A DNA stretch of 63,877 nucleotides, filler included, from Octopus bimaculoides (lineage: Eukaryota), in the NCBI RefSeq assembly GCF_001194135.2. It is 9 parts of 6 records of this genome, joined end to end, with 100 filler letters (N's around TTAATTAATTAA, not from the genome) between each part and the next. Parts side by side here need not be neighbours in the genome. Positions count along the whole stretch, not along the records: positions 1 to 14,692 come from NC_069005.1; 8 more parts are not named here. One strand, 5' to 3'. Positions 1-11,948 of the stretch are shown here, in pieces (the stretch's first letter is position 1; every line of letters starts with the position of its first letter). The notes under the pieces were generated by a model that made no database searches, was not told where the DNA came from, and saw only the letters and a list, made by a program, of their open reading frames with translations. The position numbers were made by a program, and so were the translations under genes.

Positions 1-42
<42 letters not shown>

Positions 43-276
43 ACTTGATGCTGTTCTGTCAGTTGACAGTTGACTGACACCTACCAGAATGTAAGAAGTT
101 ACATTTCTCCCACACAGAAATTACAACAAGGAATCACAGTAACAACAACAACACCAATGCCAACAACAATTCTATACACTATCTGATATTATATGCCATC
201 TCTTACACAATTGTTGGACACCTGTCTTGCACATTTCATATTCAGGTGACATGACTTATTGATATATATAAACAAT

Positions 277-475
277 AAGGTAGCATGCTGGCAGAATTGT
301 TAGCCCACTCAGCAAAATGGTAAGCAGCATTCTGCCCATCTTTATGTCCTGAGTTCAAATTCTGCTGAGGTTATCATTGCCTTTTATCCTTTTGGGGTCG
401 ATAAAATAAGTACCAGTTAATTACTGGGGTTGATATAATTGACTTATTTCCTCTCCCAAACAAAATTTCAAACTG
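277..475 (+). mobile_element. SINE family B copy (AAGGCGGCGAGCTGGCAGAA... head)
   Basis: Diverged match to copies at 10106, 25249 and 45870, including GAGTTCAAAT B-box-like motif and GGGGTCGATAAAATAAGTACCAG. Confidence 0.75.
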
Positions 476-660
476 ATATAAATAAACAACAGTACTGGCA
501 TCATCAGTTACTGTCACTACGACAATTATTGTTAATGTGCTACTACAACCAACACTACCACCACAATCAGTATTCTATTAACAACCACACCCACCCTTTA
601 AAATCAACACCACCATCAATACCTTCAAAACAAACCACATCAAATATATGTGAACAACAG

Positions 661-1505
661 AGACAGTATTAATACTGAGAGGTAATACTTATCAATGCTT
701 AAACATGGATATTCTGTTAGAACAAACTATAGTTTAGTAGATACCATGAGAGAGGTTCTCATAATGGCTTTTGGAGCAAAATCCACTCTTGTTTATATCA
801 CTTGTGGAGAGATAAATCCCTGCCACCTCCAGTGCGAAGACCACCAAAACATGTGATTTCGACTTTCCTGGGTCTTGTTAATGATAGACACTCAACAGCA
901 AGATAGCAGCAACTCATTTCCCCACCAGCAATATATAGAATAACAGTGCCAGAACAGGCACTGGTGTTGTGATTAGCCGGTGACCTTGTTAAAGAATATA
1001 TGCTAACGACATAGGTAGTATTAATACCAAGAGGTAATATTTATTCCCACTTGAATGTGGATGTTCTGTTAGAACAAACTATACTGTGATAGTTGTCATG
1101 AGAGAAGCTCTCATATTTGCCTTTTGATGCAAAATGCACTCTTGTTTATATTGCTAGCAGGGAGATAAATCCCTGCCACTGCCAGCACCAAGACCACCAA
1201 ATCACGTGATTTTGACCTTCCTTGGTCTCTTCAATGATGGACACTCAACTGCTAGAGATAGCAGTGGCTCACCTCCACCACCCCCCAGCGAAATCATGTG
1301 ATATGGTGGTTTTGGTGCTGGAGATGGTGGAGATCTATCTCCCTGCTAGTGATATAAACAAGACTGTATTTCACTCCAAAAGCCAATTTGAGAATTTCTC
1401 TCATGGTATATACTGCAGTAAAGTTTCTTCTAACAGGACATCCATGTTTAAGTGGGGATAAAGAAAACCACATCAAGATCATTACTGTCACTCCCATCAG
1501 CACCA
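661..1505. repeat. ~352-bp satellite-like unit: two direct copies plus one inverted partial copy
   Basis: AGTATTAATAC at 665 and 1017 (period 352). 1281-1505 is the reverse complement of the unit's first ~220 bp. Confidence 0.85.
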
Positions 1506-1569
1506 TCACTGTACACCACCACCAACATTATTACCATATATATATATATATATCGATATATTGTTTTGC

Positions 1570-1915
1570 AAGTACTTGGTGACTCTGTCAGTGCAGGTGC
1601 CACTTAAAAGCACCTAGCCTACACTGTAAAGTGATTGGTGTTCAGAAGGGCATCCAGCTGTAAAAACCTTGTCAAAACTGACCTTGCCTATGCTTATGCC
1701 ACTTAAAAGGCACTACTCACCTCACCTGTGCTTGTGCCATGAAAAAAGCACTAAGTCCACTCTGGTGAGTGGTTGGTGTTAGGAAGGGCATCCAGCTGTA
1801 AAAATCCTGCCAAAACAGTCACATAAGTCTGATGCAGTCTTTGGCCTGCCCGGCTCTTGTGAAACCATCCCACCAATACTAGCATGGAAGGCAGGCAGAC
1901 ATTAAACAATGATAT
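1570..1915 (+). mobile_element. Repeat family E (AAGGGCATCCAGCTGTAAAA core), internally duplicated
   Basis: Core occurs at ~1646 and ~1783; reverse complements of the family occur at 9010, 14472 and 62640. Confidence 0.65.
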
Positions 1916-1925
1916 ATATACACAC

Positions 1926-1984
<59 letters not shown>

Positions 1985-2028
1985 AATGTGTGTATGTGTA
2001 AGAGTTTGGATGAAGGTATATCGAAGAA

Positions 2029-2231
2029 TATATTAATCAATGAAATTCTAACTTAGTCTAATTTTCATGTTCTATAATTTGCAATTTTCACAATTTTACA
2101 ATATTGAAATAAATTAGTACTTTCATGCATTACACAATCATCGGGCTTATGTAGTGGCAGTCATGTTCTACAAATGTGCAAATTATAGAACATGAAAATT
2201 AGACTAAGTTAGAATTTCATTGATTAATATA
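2029..2231. mobile_element. MITE with perfect 55-bp terminal inverted repeats
   Basis: 2029-2083 is the exact reverse complement of 2177-2231; TA at both ends. Confidence 0.8.
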
Positions 2232-2240
2232 CATATATAT

Positions 2241-2565
2241 TCTTTTATTTGTTTCAGTTATTTCACTGCAGCCATGCTGGAGCACCACCTTAAGGGGTTT
2301 TAGTCAAACAAATCGACCCCAGGACTTATTCTTTGTAAGCTTAGTACTTATTCTATTGGTCCCTTTTGCTGAACCGCTAAGTTACAGAGACATAAACATA
2401 TACGACAGGCTTCTTTCAGTTTCCGTCTACCAAATCCACTTACAAGGCTTTGGTCGGCCTGAGGCTATAGTAGAAGATACTTGCCCAAGGTACCATGCAG
2501 TGGAACTGAACCTGGAACCATGTAGTTGGGAAGGAAGTTTCTTACCACACGGCCACACCTGTGCC
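2241..2565 (-). mobile_element. tRNA-derived SINE family A copy (internally deleted)
   Basis: On the minus strand, A-box-like TGGCCGTGTGG and B-box-like GGTTCAGTTCC; body CCTTGGGCAAGTATCTTCTACTATAGCC shared with more than 12 copies in the window. Confidence 0.85.
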
Positions 2566-2569
2566 TAAA

Positions 2570-2612
<43 letters not shown>

Positions 2613-2671
2613 CACATGGTAATAATGTCGGTGATGGTATGTAATGATGGTGCTGATGTGAGTGACAGTAA

Positions 2672-2950
2672 GTGGATTCAGTAGACAGAAACTGAAAAAA
2701 AGCCCGTCATATATGTATATATCTATGTGTGTGTGTCTTTGTGTCTGAGTTTGTCCTCCGACCACTGCTTGACAACCAGTGTTGGTGTGTTTGCATCTCC
2801 ATAACTTAGTGGTTTGGCAAAAGAAACTGAAAGAATAAGTACCAGACTTTAAAAAAATGTACTGGGGACAATTCATTTGACTAAAATTCTTCAAGGCAGT
2901 GCCCTAGCATGGCCACAGTGTAATGACTGAAACTAGTAAAAGACAAAAAG
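2672..2950 (+). mobile_element. SINE family A, 3' two-thirds
   Basis: GTAGACAGAAACTGAAAAAAAGCCCGTC... through GACTGAAACTAGTAAAAG tail. Confidence 0.75.
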
Positions 2951-4105
2951 ATGAAAGATATAGCTTATACACATAATCCCATGCTAATAAAAAAAATATG
3001 GTGTACTCACTCAAGAAGACTGGTACACACCTAGTGATGCATTAGAAATTCTCATGAAACTGTGAAAAACATGACAGTAATAATAGTATTTTCTTGAGCA
3101 ATGGATGAGGGAGAAAAGCAACGTACAAAAAGAATTACAATAAAAAATATAACAAAATACTGTATGTGAAATAAATGAAATATACACGTATAGATCTTCT
3201 TCCTAAAATGTAAGATAGCCACATAATCTCGTTTAGAGTACCTCAGATTCACAATTGCACTTTAGTTATCATTGTCATCATCCTCATTTAATGTCTAAAC
3301 AGAATTCGTTGAGGTAGATTTTTCTATAGCTGGATACCTTTCCCATCATCAACCTTCACCTGTTTCCAAGCAAGGTAATGTTTTTCCATAGCTGGATGTT
3401 TTCCACAGAAGGTAGGAAACAAGCAATCTCACTTATATGATGGTGACGGTCATTCACAATCATCACATATCAAGACAAGGACACACACACACTCACACGT
3501 ACACACACACACACACACATATATATACACATAAATAATTATGTGTGTGAAATAGACTTCTTTCAGTTTCCATTTACTAAATCCACTCAAAGCTGTGGTC
3601 AGCCCAGGGCTATAGTAGAAGATGCCTGTCCAATTTACTGTCAAGCAGAGCTTCTCTCTCAACCCTCATGTCTTTCTTTGAAAAGTTTGTTAAGTTCATG
3701 GAATATAGTTGTTTCATTCTAAACATATCTCAGACAACACCAGTTAACAGAACTTCCTTGTCTGTAGAGATTATCCTGAGCAGGAAATGACCTTTTTCCT
3801 TAAAACTGCCAGACTAAGGATTTTTGAAAGCTGTCTCTAATCAGAAAGTCCTCTGCAAAGGACTGCTTTTGGCTTGATGTCAAAAAGACTCTCAAACAAT
3901 CATTGTTCCTTTCTGTAAAACTGAATGGTTAACATTTCCACTGGATGCATTGCTTGACTGATAAGAGGTTGTGGGAGTCTTAGTAACACTCCAGATACCA
4001 AACAAACAATTTCAGTGGACACTTGACCTATGATTGCAGGTCAGTCAAAAAAATGTGTATGGTGGGAACATACTCTATTACTCTTTTACCTGTTTNNNNN
4101 NNNNN

Positions 4106-4325
4106 AACACAGACACACAAACATATACACACACATACATATATATATATATATACATATATACAACAGGCTTCTTTCAGTTTCCGTCTACCAAATCCAC
4201 TCACAAGGCTTTGGTTGGCCCGAGGCTATAGTAGAAGACACTTGCCCAAGGTACCATGCAGTGGGACTGAACCCGGAACCATGTGGTTGGTAAGCAAGCT
4301 ACTTACCACACAGCCACTCCTGTGC
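4106..4325 (-). mobile_element. SINE family A, young 5' half
   Basis: Near-identical to 21832 and 23448 copies; head AGGAGTGGCTGTGTGGTAAG, GGTTCAGTCCC. Confidence 0.9.
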
Positions 4326-4517
4326 CATGCTTAACAAACAACAACATTTTGATCTTGAAAGGCCAAAACATTGCAAAGGAGGGAGTCAAAGAGCTCTCAA
4401 AGTACAGAGCATCTGAAAACTGAAATAAACAACATGTGATTATGATAATTCTTTCATGTTTTGGCACAAGAACAATAATTTTAGAGGGAGTTGGATAACA
4501 ACTACACTGACCCCGGT

Positions 4518-4835
4518 GAAGGCATGTGGCTTAGTGGTTAGGGCATTTGGCTCACAATCATTGTGTCGTGATTTGAAAACCAGTGGCACATTGTGTCCTT
4601 GAGCAAGTCATTTTATTCCTCGGTGCTCCAGTTCACTCAGCTGGTAAAAATGAGTAGTACCTGTAATCCAAAGGATCAGCCTTATCACATTCTGCACCAA
4701 GGTGAATCTCCCTGAGAGCTATGTTAAGGGTACATGTGTCTGTGGAGTACTCAGCCACTTGCACATTAATTTCATGAGCAGGCTGTTCCACTGAGCAGAT
4801 CGATTGGAACCCTTGCTATCATAACAGACAGATTG
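4518..4835 (+). mobile_element. tRNA-derived SINE family C, diverged copy
   Basis: GTGGCTTAGTGGTTAGGGC head; tail GTTAAGGGTACATGTGTCTGTGGAG shared with 29372-29756. Confidence 0.7.
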
Positions 4836-4837
4836 CC

Positions 4838-5010
4838 AGTTTTTGACCCCAGGTTTCAATTGGTAAATCATTTCTCTGTTCTGAAAGGATGAAAGGCTAA
4901 GTTTGCCCTGACAGAATTTGAATTCAGAATGTAAAGATATGAAGTACCAGAAGAAATGCGACAAAACATTTTGTCTGTTGTGCAAACAATTCTATCAGCT
5001 TGCTGCCTTG
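4838..5010 (-). mobile_element. SINE family B, diverged copy
   Basis: Reverse complement contains AAGGCAGCAAGCTGATAGAATTG and TGAATTCAAATTCTG. Confidence 0.6.
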
Positions 5011-5629
5011 CTCAAACAATTTTGCCAGCTCAAAAAATGGTAGCAATGAAAGATGCACCATTGAGTGTGATAAAATGAATTAATAAGAACAAAAAGCAAA
5101 TTCTAAGACTGATAAATCTGAATACAATCCCTGACTCTGCACAGATAACCTTATTAGGTAGGACACAATAAGATACTTCCAATTAAGCAACAGTTTATAC
5201 AATACAGTTTAGCACAAGCATCTCCCAACATATGCTTTCTCAGCTTGCAGAAAGAGTAGCCAAATCTCCCTCAAATCACACTCTGCTATCCTAAAAAGGA
5301 AACATGCTTTAGTTTTTGGATGGTTTGGTCTGAAGGAAAGGGCTGTGTCTATGACCTTTGCAGGCCCTCTTTGGTCTGGTTCTGAGGAAGGGATTGTATC
5401 CCTAACCTTCACAGGACCTTCAAGACCAGTTCAATTTGTACAATTGGTGGATGTTGTTTCTAAAAGCAATAGTTGCAAGAAATTCCAGAAGGGTGGCATT
5501 CTGGTAAGGAAGGATTGGACACAGGAGTTAGTACTCACTTATGGAGTCAATAGAGGATTAGTAGGTTTGCAATATGAACACTGCTTTTTTGAGACAGCTA
5601 ATTCAGCAAAAGAAGGAGAGAGTGAAGGA

Positions 5630-5709
5630 TAGAGGGAGAGGAGAGAGAAGGGAAAAGAGGGGAAATAAAGGAGAGAGAGAGAAAGAGAAAGAGAGGGAGN
5701 NNNNNNNNN

Positions 5710-5765
<56 letters not shown>
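5630..5765. repeat. (GA)n microsatellite
   Basis: Direct inspection; interrupted by a short N run. Confidence 0.95.
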
Positions 5766-6129
5766 AGGGAGAAGATCAACAAAGTGAAGAGGACCTGGGT
5801 GGACACAGCAGGAGGTCAGTACGCCATTGGTGTAGCAGTAGAAAAGACAGTCATGAAAAACAGCAGATCTGTGGCCCAGAAGTTGAAGTGAGTTTGTGAG
5901 TATTTCCAATGACAACCCATCAGATGTTCTATATGCTACACAAAAAGATGGGATGGTCACAACTGAAACATCTTTGATCATTTTCTATCCACACATCCAC
6001 TCACAAGGCTTTGGTCAATTTTGGGATATAGTAGAAGACACTTGCATAAAGTACCATCCAATGGGACTAAACCTGAACTGATATGGTTGGAACACAAACT
6101 TCTTAATCACATAGCCATATTTGTAGCCA

Positions 6130-6240
6130 TGTATATATATATATACAGATATAGACAGACAGACAGGTAGATAGATAGATAGATAGAGATAGATAGATAG
6201 ATAGATAGATAGACAGATAGATAAATAGACAGATAGATAA

Positions 6241-6328
<88 letters not shown>

Positions 6329-6330
6329 CG
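6130..6330. repeat. Compound (TA)n/(GATA)n/(GACA)n microsatellite
   Basis: Direct inspection. Confidence 0.95.
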
Positions 6331-6399
6331 TGTAAGTGAATACACAATAAGAGTGATACAGACAACACAAAATAGCACTCAAATGGATGAGCACTTAAA

Positions 6400-6960
6400 C
6401 TCCTTTTCGTCCAGGGCTGGTACCTTAGCATTGAAAGCAAACTATAAGAAAATCCTTATCAAGCTAGTAAAGGGGTCCCATTTTGACGCAATATAGTGAG
6501 CAACTCCTGGCAGTATAAATTACAGATGTTACTATTTGTAGTGTTGGGGATTCTGCCACAAACAATGGGCGAGGACAAGTTATATGGAATGCCTCAGTCT
6601 TGAGATAGTGTATGTGGGTGGTTGGCAAGGGAAGTTGATTGTTTTGTGGCCCTATTTGAGAAGGAACTCAGCTGTCAAAAGTCGTGTCGTTTAAAGTCAA
6701 TGATACCTCTAATATATACCCTGGCTTGGTACATGCATGTGACTGTAACTGCACATTAATATACAATGTTATAGTGCAAACAATTGCCATTTTGCAAACA
6801 AAATTGAGGAACCCTGAAATTGCAAATTTTCCTATAGCTGGTAAACTGTAGGCCCTTATAGTTCCTATTGATGGTCCATAACATTTGTCCAATAGGAGAC
6901 CAGATGTCTGTACAGGTGTTGATGTAATTCTCTTTGCTTTCTTTATTCTGCAATCTGTCT
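6400..6960 (-). mobile_element. Decayed Penelope-like element, GIY-YIG endonuclease fragment
   Basis: Minus frame reads CNFRVPQFCLQNGNCLHYNIVY*CAVTV...VYIRG...STSLANH...ICNL, the CxC..C..G.C..IVY..YIG..STxL..CxL pattern of PLE endonucleases, with stops. Confidence 0.7.
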
Positions 6961-7094
6961 TTTGTATTCCATGTAAATACATAATGTAAGATGACTGGTG
7001 TTCATTTATCTTTCTATGCCTTTCTTTCTCTGTATATATATATATATATATATACACACACATATATATATATATATATGACCGTTGACTGAAC

Positions 7095-7175
7095 ACTATT
7101 CAATTTCTTTTCTCCGTGTTTTTCTCCTTGTCTCCGTATTCTTTCTGTTGAAGAGCATAGCTCGAAACGTCAAAG
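7095..7175 (+). mobile_element. Short (TA)n-associated repeat carrying a hammerhead-like motif (family H)
   Basis: TCTTT-CTGTTGA-A-GAGCATAGCTC-GAAAC-GTC-AAAG; homologous to 22594 and 32131. Confidence 0.8.
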
Positions 7176-7852
7176 NNNNNNNNNNNNNNNNNNNNNNNNN
7201 NNNNNNNNNNNNNNNNNNNNNNNNNNNNNNNNNNNNNNNNNNNNNNNNNNNNNNNNNNNNNNNNNNNNNNNNNNNNNNNNNNNNNNNNNNNNNNNNNNNN
7301 NNNNNNNNNNNNNNNNNNNNNNNNNNNNNNNNNNNNNNNNNNNNNNNNNNNNNNNNNNNNNNNNNNNNNNNNNNNNNNNNNNNNNNNNNNNNNNNNNNNN
7401 NNNNNNNNNNNNNNNNNNNNNNNNNNNNNNNNNNNNNNNNNNNNNNNNNNNNNNNNNNNNNNNNNNNNNNNNNNNNNNNNNNNNNNNNNNNNNNNNNNNN
7501 NNNNNNNNNNNNNNNNNNNNNNNNNNNNNNNNNNNNNNNNNNNNNNNNNNNNNNNNNNNNNNNNNNNNNNNNNNNNNNNNNNNNNNNNNNNNNNNNNNNN
7601 NNNNNNNNNNNNNNNNNNNNNNNNNNNNNNNNNNNNNNNNNNNNNNNNNNNNNNNNNNNNNNNNNNNNNNNNNNNNNNNNNNNNNNNNNNNNNNNNNNNN
7701 NNNNNNNNNNNNNNNNNNNNNNNNNNNNNNNNNNNNNNNNNNNNNNNNNNNNNNNNNNNNNNNNNNNNNNNNNNNNNNNNNNNNNNNNNNNNNNNNNNNN
7801 NNNNNNNNNNNNNNNNNNNNNNNNNNNNNNNNNNNNNNNNNNNNNNNNNNNN

Positions 7853-7885
<33 letters not shown>

Positions 7886-8364
7886 TAGATATAAATATAT
7901 ATTGACCAAGTGTAGTTGTGGTATGGTTAAGAGGCTTGCTTCCCAACCATGTGGTATTGGGTTCAGTCCCACTGTGCAACAACTTCACAACAAAAGCCTT
8001 GAGAGTGGATTTGATAAATAGAAACTGAAAAAAGCCCAGAGTGTGTTTGGGTGTGTGTGTACACATTCAGTGTGACCAGTGTAAGCATGAAAAAGTAGAC
8101 ATCAAATGATGATGATGATGATGTGGGTGTGTGTGTGTGTGCTACATGTAAGTAGGTATTTTTTGACAACAAACTGGTATGTTTGAACAACAATATACAT
8201 AGGTTGCAGGGATACTTCCTTGTCATTTCACCATCAGAAAAGCAATGAACCAGATTGAGTCATTGTAAGATTGTAAAACCTATAACAAACAAAGCCATTG
8301 TTTGCAAAAGGTATGATACACATACATGCAAAATCTCAAGCTTAAGCTTAATATATATACACAG

Positions 8365-8409
<45 letters not shown>

Positions 8410-9009
8410 NNNNNNNNNNNNNNNNNNNNNNNNNNNNNNNNNNNNNNNNNNNNNNNNNNNNNNNNNNNNNNNNNNNNNNNNNNNNNNNNNNNNNNNNNNN
8501 NNNNNNNNNNNNNNNNNNNNNNNNNNNNNNNNNNNNNNNNNNNNNNNNNNNNNNNNNNNNNNNNNNNNNNNNNNNNNNNNNNNNNNNNNNNNNNNNNNNN
8601 NNNNNNNNNNNNNNNNNNNNNNNNNNNNNNNNNNNNNNNNNNNNNNNNNNNNNNNNNNNNNNNNNNNNNNNNNNNNNNNNNNNNNNNNNNNNNNNNNNNN
8701 NNNNNNNNNNNNNNNNNNNNNNNNNNNNNNNNNNNNNNNNNNNNNNNNNNNNNNNNNNNNNNNNNNNNNNNNNNNNNNNNNNNNNNNNNNNNNNNNNNNN
8801 NNNNNNNNNNNNNNNNNNNNNNNNNNNNNNNNNNNNNNNNNNNNNNNNNNNNNNNNNNNNNNNNNNNNNNNNNNNNNNNNNNNNNNNNNNNNNNNNNNNN
8901 NNNNNNNNNNNNNNNNNNNNNNNNNNNNNNNNNNNNNNNNNNNNNNNNNNNNNNNNNNNNNNNNNNNNNNNNNNNNNNNNNNNNNNNNNNNNNNNNNNNN
9001 NNNNNNNNN

Positions 9010-9330
9010 GTTGGACGATTTGACTGAGGACTGGTGAAACCAGATGGCTACACCAGGCTCCAATCTGATTTGGCAGAGTTTCTACAGCTGGATGCCCTTC
9101 CTAACGCCAACCACTCAGAGAGTGTAGTAGGTGCTTTTACGGGTCACCCACACGAAGGCCAGTCAGGCATTACTGGCAACGGCCACGCTCAAAATGGTGT
9201 ATTTTATGTGCCACCCGCACAGGAGCCAGTCCAGCGGCACTGGCAATGATCTCACTCATTTGTCTTTACATGTGCCACCGGCACAAGTGACAGGAAGGCG
9301 CCATCACGATTTCGCTTTCACTTGCTCCAA
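9010..9330 (-). mobile_element. Repeat family E copy
   Basis: Near-identical to 14472-14692 (GGTTGGACGATTTGACTGAGGACTGGTGAAACC...). Confidence 0.85.
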
Positions 9331-10063
9331 CAGGTCAGGCATTGCAAGACTAATAACCTGGTGTAGGTCTTAATATACATATGCTTCAGAACAAATTGTC
9401 AGGCAAGTATAGAGCAGTAATAAGAAAAATGAGAAGTCAAAGGAATTAACAATTATCTTATGAACTTCTTTAGCTTACATTTTTGAATCCTACCCCAGGA
9501 ACAGCTGTAAGTTAATGATGATTATAACTGTTTATTTCTCTGTCATCTAATTTTTCTTGTGTGTGTGTGATGGGTGGGGGTGGGGGTGATGGAGTAATGC
9601 AATCTGAAAAGATCTTGGTACAGGAAGTTAGTAAGCATCATGCATTCGCATAGCTTGTATAGATGACATAAAGTGGTTGATACTTGATTGATAAAGTTTA
9701 TTAATCAGCATATGTTGTCCACTTTGTTCCATATCAAATTAGAAGAGATTTTGATAAGATGACAGCCACTATATAACATAGAGAAGATTGCTAATTCTAT
9801 GATTATAAATTAAAGGGTGTAGGGAATGGAGAAGGTAAATCTATATTATACATGTTTCCAAGCCAATCTGAACATGTCTTACATAACTCAAGGAGGTAAC
9901 ACACACACACATATATATATACATATATATTTACGTACGTATCAACCAAATACCTGATTCACAAGAGAGACAGAGGTGCAGGAAAAGCAGCAAAATGTGA
10001 TAACTGAAGCAGACTTGGTGGAATTAACACCGAAGATACTACCCACATCATAACTCAACGGAT

Positions 10064-10095
<32 letters not shown>

Positions 10096-10105
10096 TATGC
10101 ACATA

Positions 10106-10338
10106 AAGGCGGCGAGCTGGCAGAAACGTTAGCATGCCAGGCGAAATGCTTAGTGGTATTTCGTCTGCTGCTACGCTCTGAGTTCAAATTCCGCCGAGGT
10201 CGACTTTGCCTTTCATCCTTTCGGGGTCGATTAAAAAAGTACCAGTTATACACTGGGGTCAATATAATCGACTTAATCTGTTTGTCTGTCCTTGTTTGTC
10301 CCCTCTGTGTGTAGCCCCTTGTGGGTAGTAAAGAAATA
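10106..10338 (+). mobile_element. SINE family B, young copy with Tx1-like tail
   Basis: Head AAGGCGGCGAGCTGGCAGAAACG, GAGTTCAAATTCC; ends TTGTCTGTCCTTGTTTGTCCCCTCTG...GTAAAGAAAT. Confidence 0.9.
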
Positions 10339-10366
10339 ACACACACATATATGTACATACATACAT

Positions 10367-11610
10367 AAAGAATATTACAGCCGAATAAAGAAAATATGGA
10401 CCTCAGAACTCTCTGCATTCAATATAACTGTAGCCCACAATATGTTTGCAGTGCTAGTACTCATACCAACGTTTGGGCTACTTGATTCAACACTTGATGA
10501 GATCTGAGTCATTGATGTGAAAATCCGGAAGATACTAACCGTCACACATAATTTCCATATCAACAGTGATGTAGACTGGCTCTACCTAAAATGAAAACAA
10601 GGAAGTAGAGGCTTAACACCAATCCCGACTGCCTTTGAATGTTGTATCATATCCCTTCAGCAACATCTTTTAACCACCAAGTGTCAAAGTGCATTCCTTG
10701 ACCAAGTTTGCATTCATGAGGCTGATAACATCATGAGATTTGGAAAGTAGCTCCTAGAGCAGCATTTCTTGTCTGATAACCTTACATGCATGCCCAAAGA
10801 AGTCACATAACTCTGCTGCAATGTATCATCAGATGAAAGGATGAGCATACATCAGTAGAAGACCATGCATGGATATGTTATTAGAAAGTTCTGGGATGAT
10901 AAGAAAGCTCTGATCATCAAAGCAGTCTATCATGGACCAACAACAGGATTACTAACTCCCACTTTGAAGGGTATGCATTTGCAATCCAGTAACAAGAAAT
11001 ATCAACAAAATACCTGATTCACAAAAGGGACAGAAGTGCAGGAAAAGCAACAAAATGTGATAACTGAAGCAGACTTTGTGGAGTTAACACCAAAGATATC
11101 ACCCACATCATAATCAGTTGTCTGAAGATGTCATCATGGTATTATCTACCGATGAGATATGATGTTGTAGCTAGGACGCTGTATAATGAGGTCCATTGGA
11201 AGGATAACGTCAAGGCCAAAGAAATAAGAATCTATTGTATGGTAGAAGTCATAGCCACTCACAATAAAAAGGAGTACCGGTGGAATGTCCCAGTGAAAAC
11301 CTCAATAAAATGTAAACATAATAGACCTGACATAGTAATTTGCGATAGAGAAGAGAAACTGGGTACAGTTGTGGAAATCCACTGCCCTGCAGATGTTAGC
11401 ATAAAGCTAAAGATCGGCGAAAAAGAAATACCTACGCTGAACTATTGAGGATTACAAGTTCAGGTTTATACCTGTAATTATTGGGGCACTGGGATATGTA
11501 ACACACTGCCTAAATACTAATCTTGAGAAATTAGGCTTCTCAAGCCATCACTGAAACTGTAAGAATCTGTAAAACTTCTCATCAGTTTATCACTAAAGTA
11601 TATATGAGTA
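10367..11610 (+). mobile_element. R4/Dong-clade (restriction-like endonuclease) LINE, 5'-truncated and decayed
   Basis: YYSRIKKIWTSELSAFN...IDVKIRKILT...DVDWLYL (post-RT region); YYLPMRYDVVA (RHD-like) and KCKHNRPDIVICDREEKLGTVVEI (PD..E RLE catalytic motif). Confidence 0.85.
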
Positions 11611-11817
11611 TGTCTGGACGTGCAACTATATGGATGAGAATACATACATAAAACAGTACATGCAAGCCTGCACATATACATGCATACATACAAAATTATT
11701 GGGCACTGTTGACGTTGTTGAAATTCCAATGAAGGAGGCGTGGATCTAGGTTAGAAACCAGCTCTTTCTCTACAGGTAAGAAATCTTGAAATAAAACTGA
11801 ACAATAACAGACATACA

Positions 11818-11851
<34 letters not shown>

Positions 11852-11948
11852 TACATAAATTTAGATTCAAAGTGAATATGGTACTTAAGTTTAGGCACCA
11901 GAATTTAGTATGGTATTATCCAAACAATTCCAAAAAATAAGGTGATCA

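Noticed and set aside
7085-9063. Long ORFs of 200-430 aa in the ORF track (also at 19.5-25 kb, 35-36 kb, 38-39 kb, 51 kb, 56 kb)
   Set aside because: They run through N gaps and microsatellites (YI, HT, CV and poly-I/N/L repeats); no coding signal.
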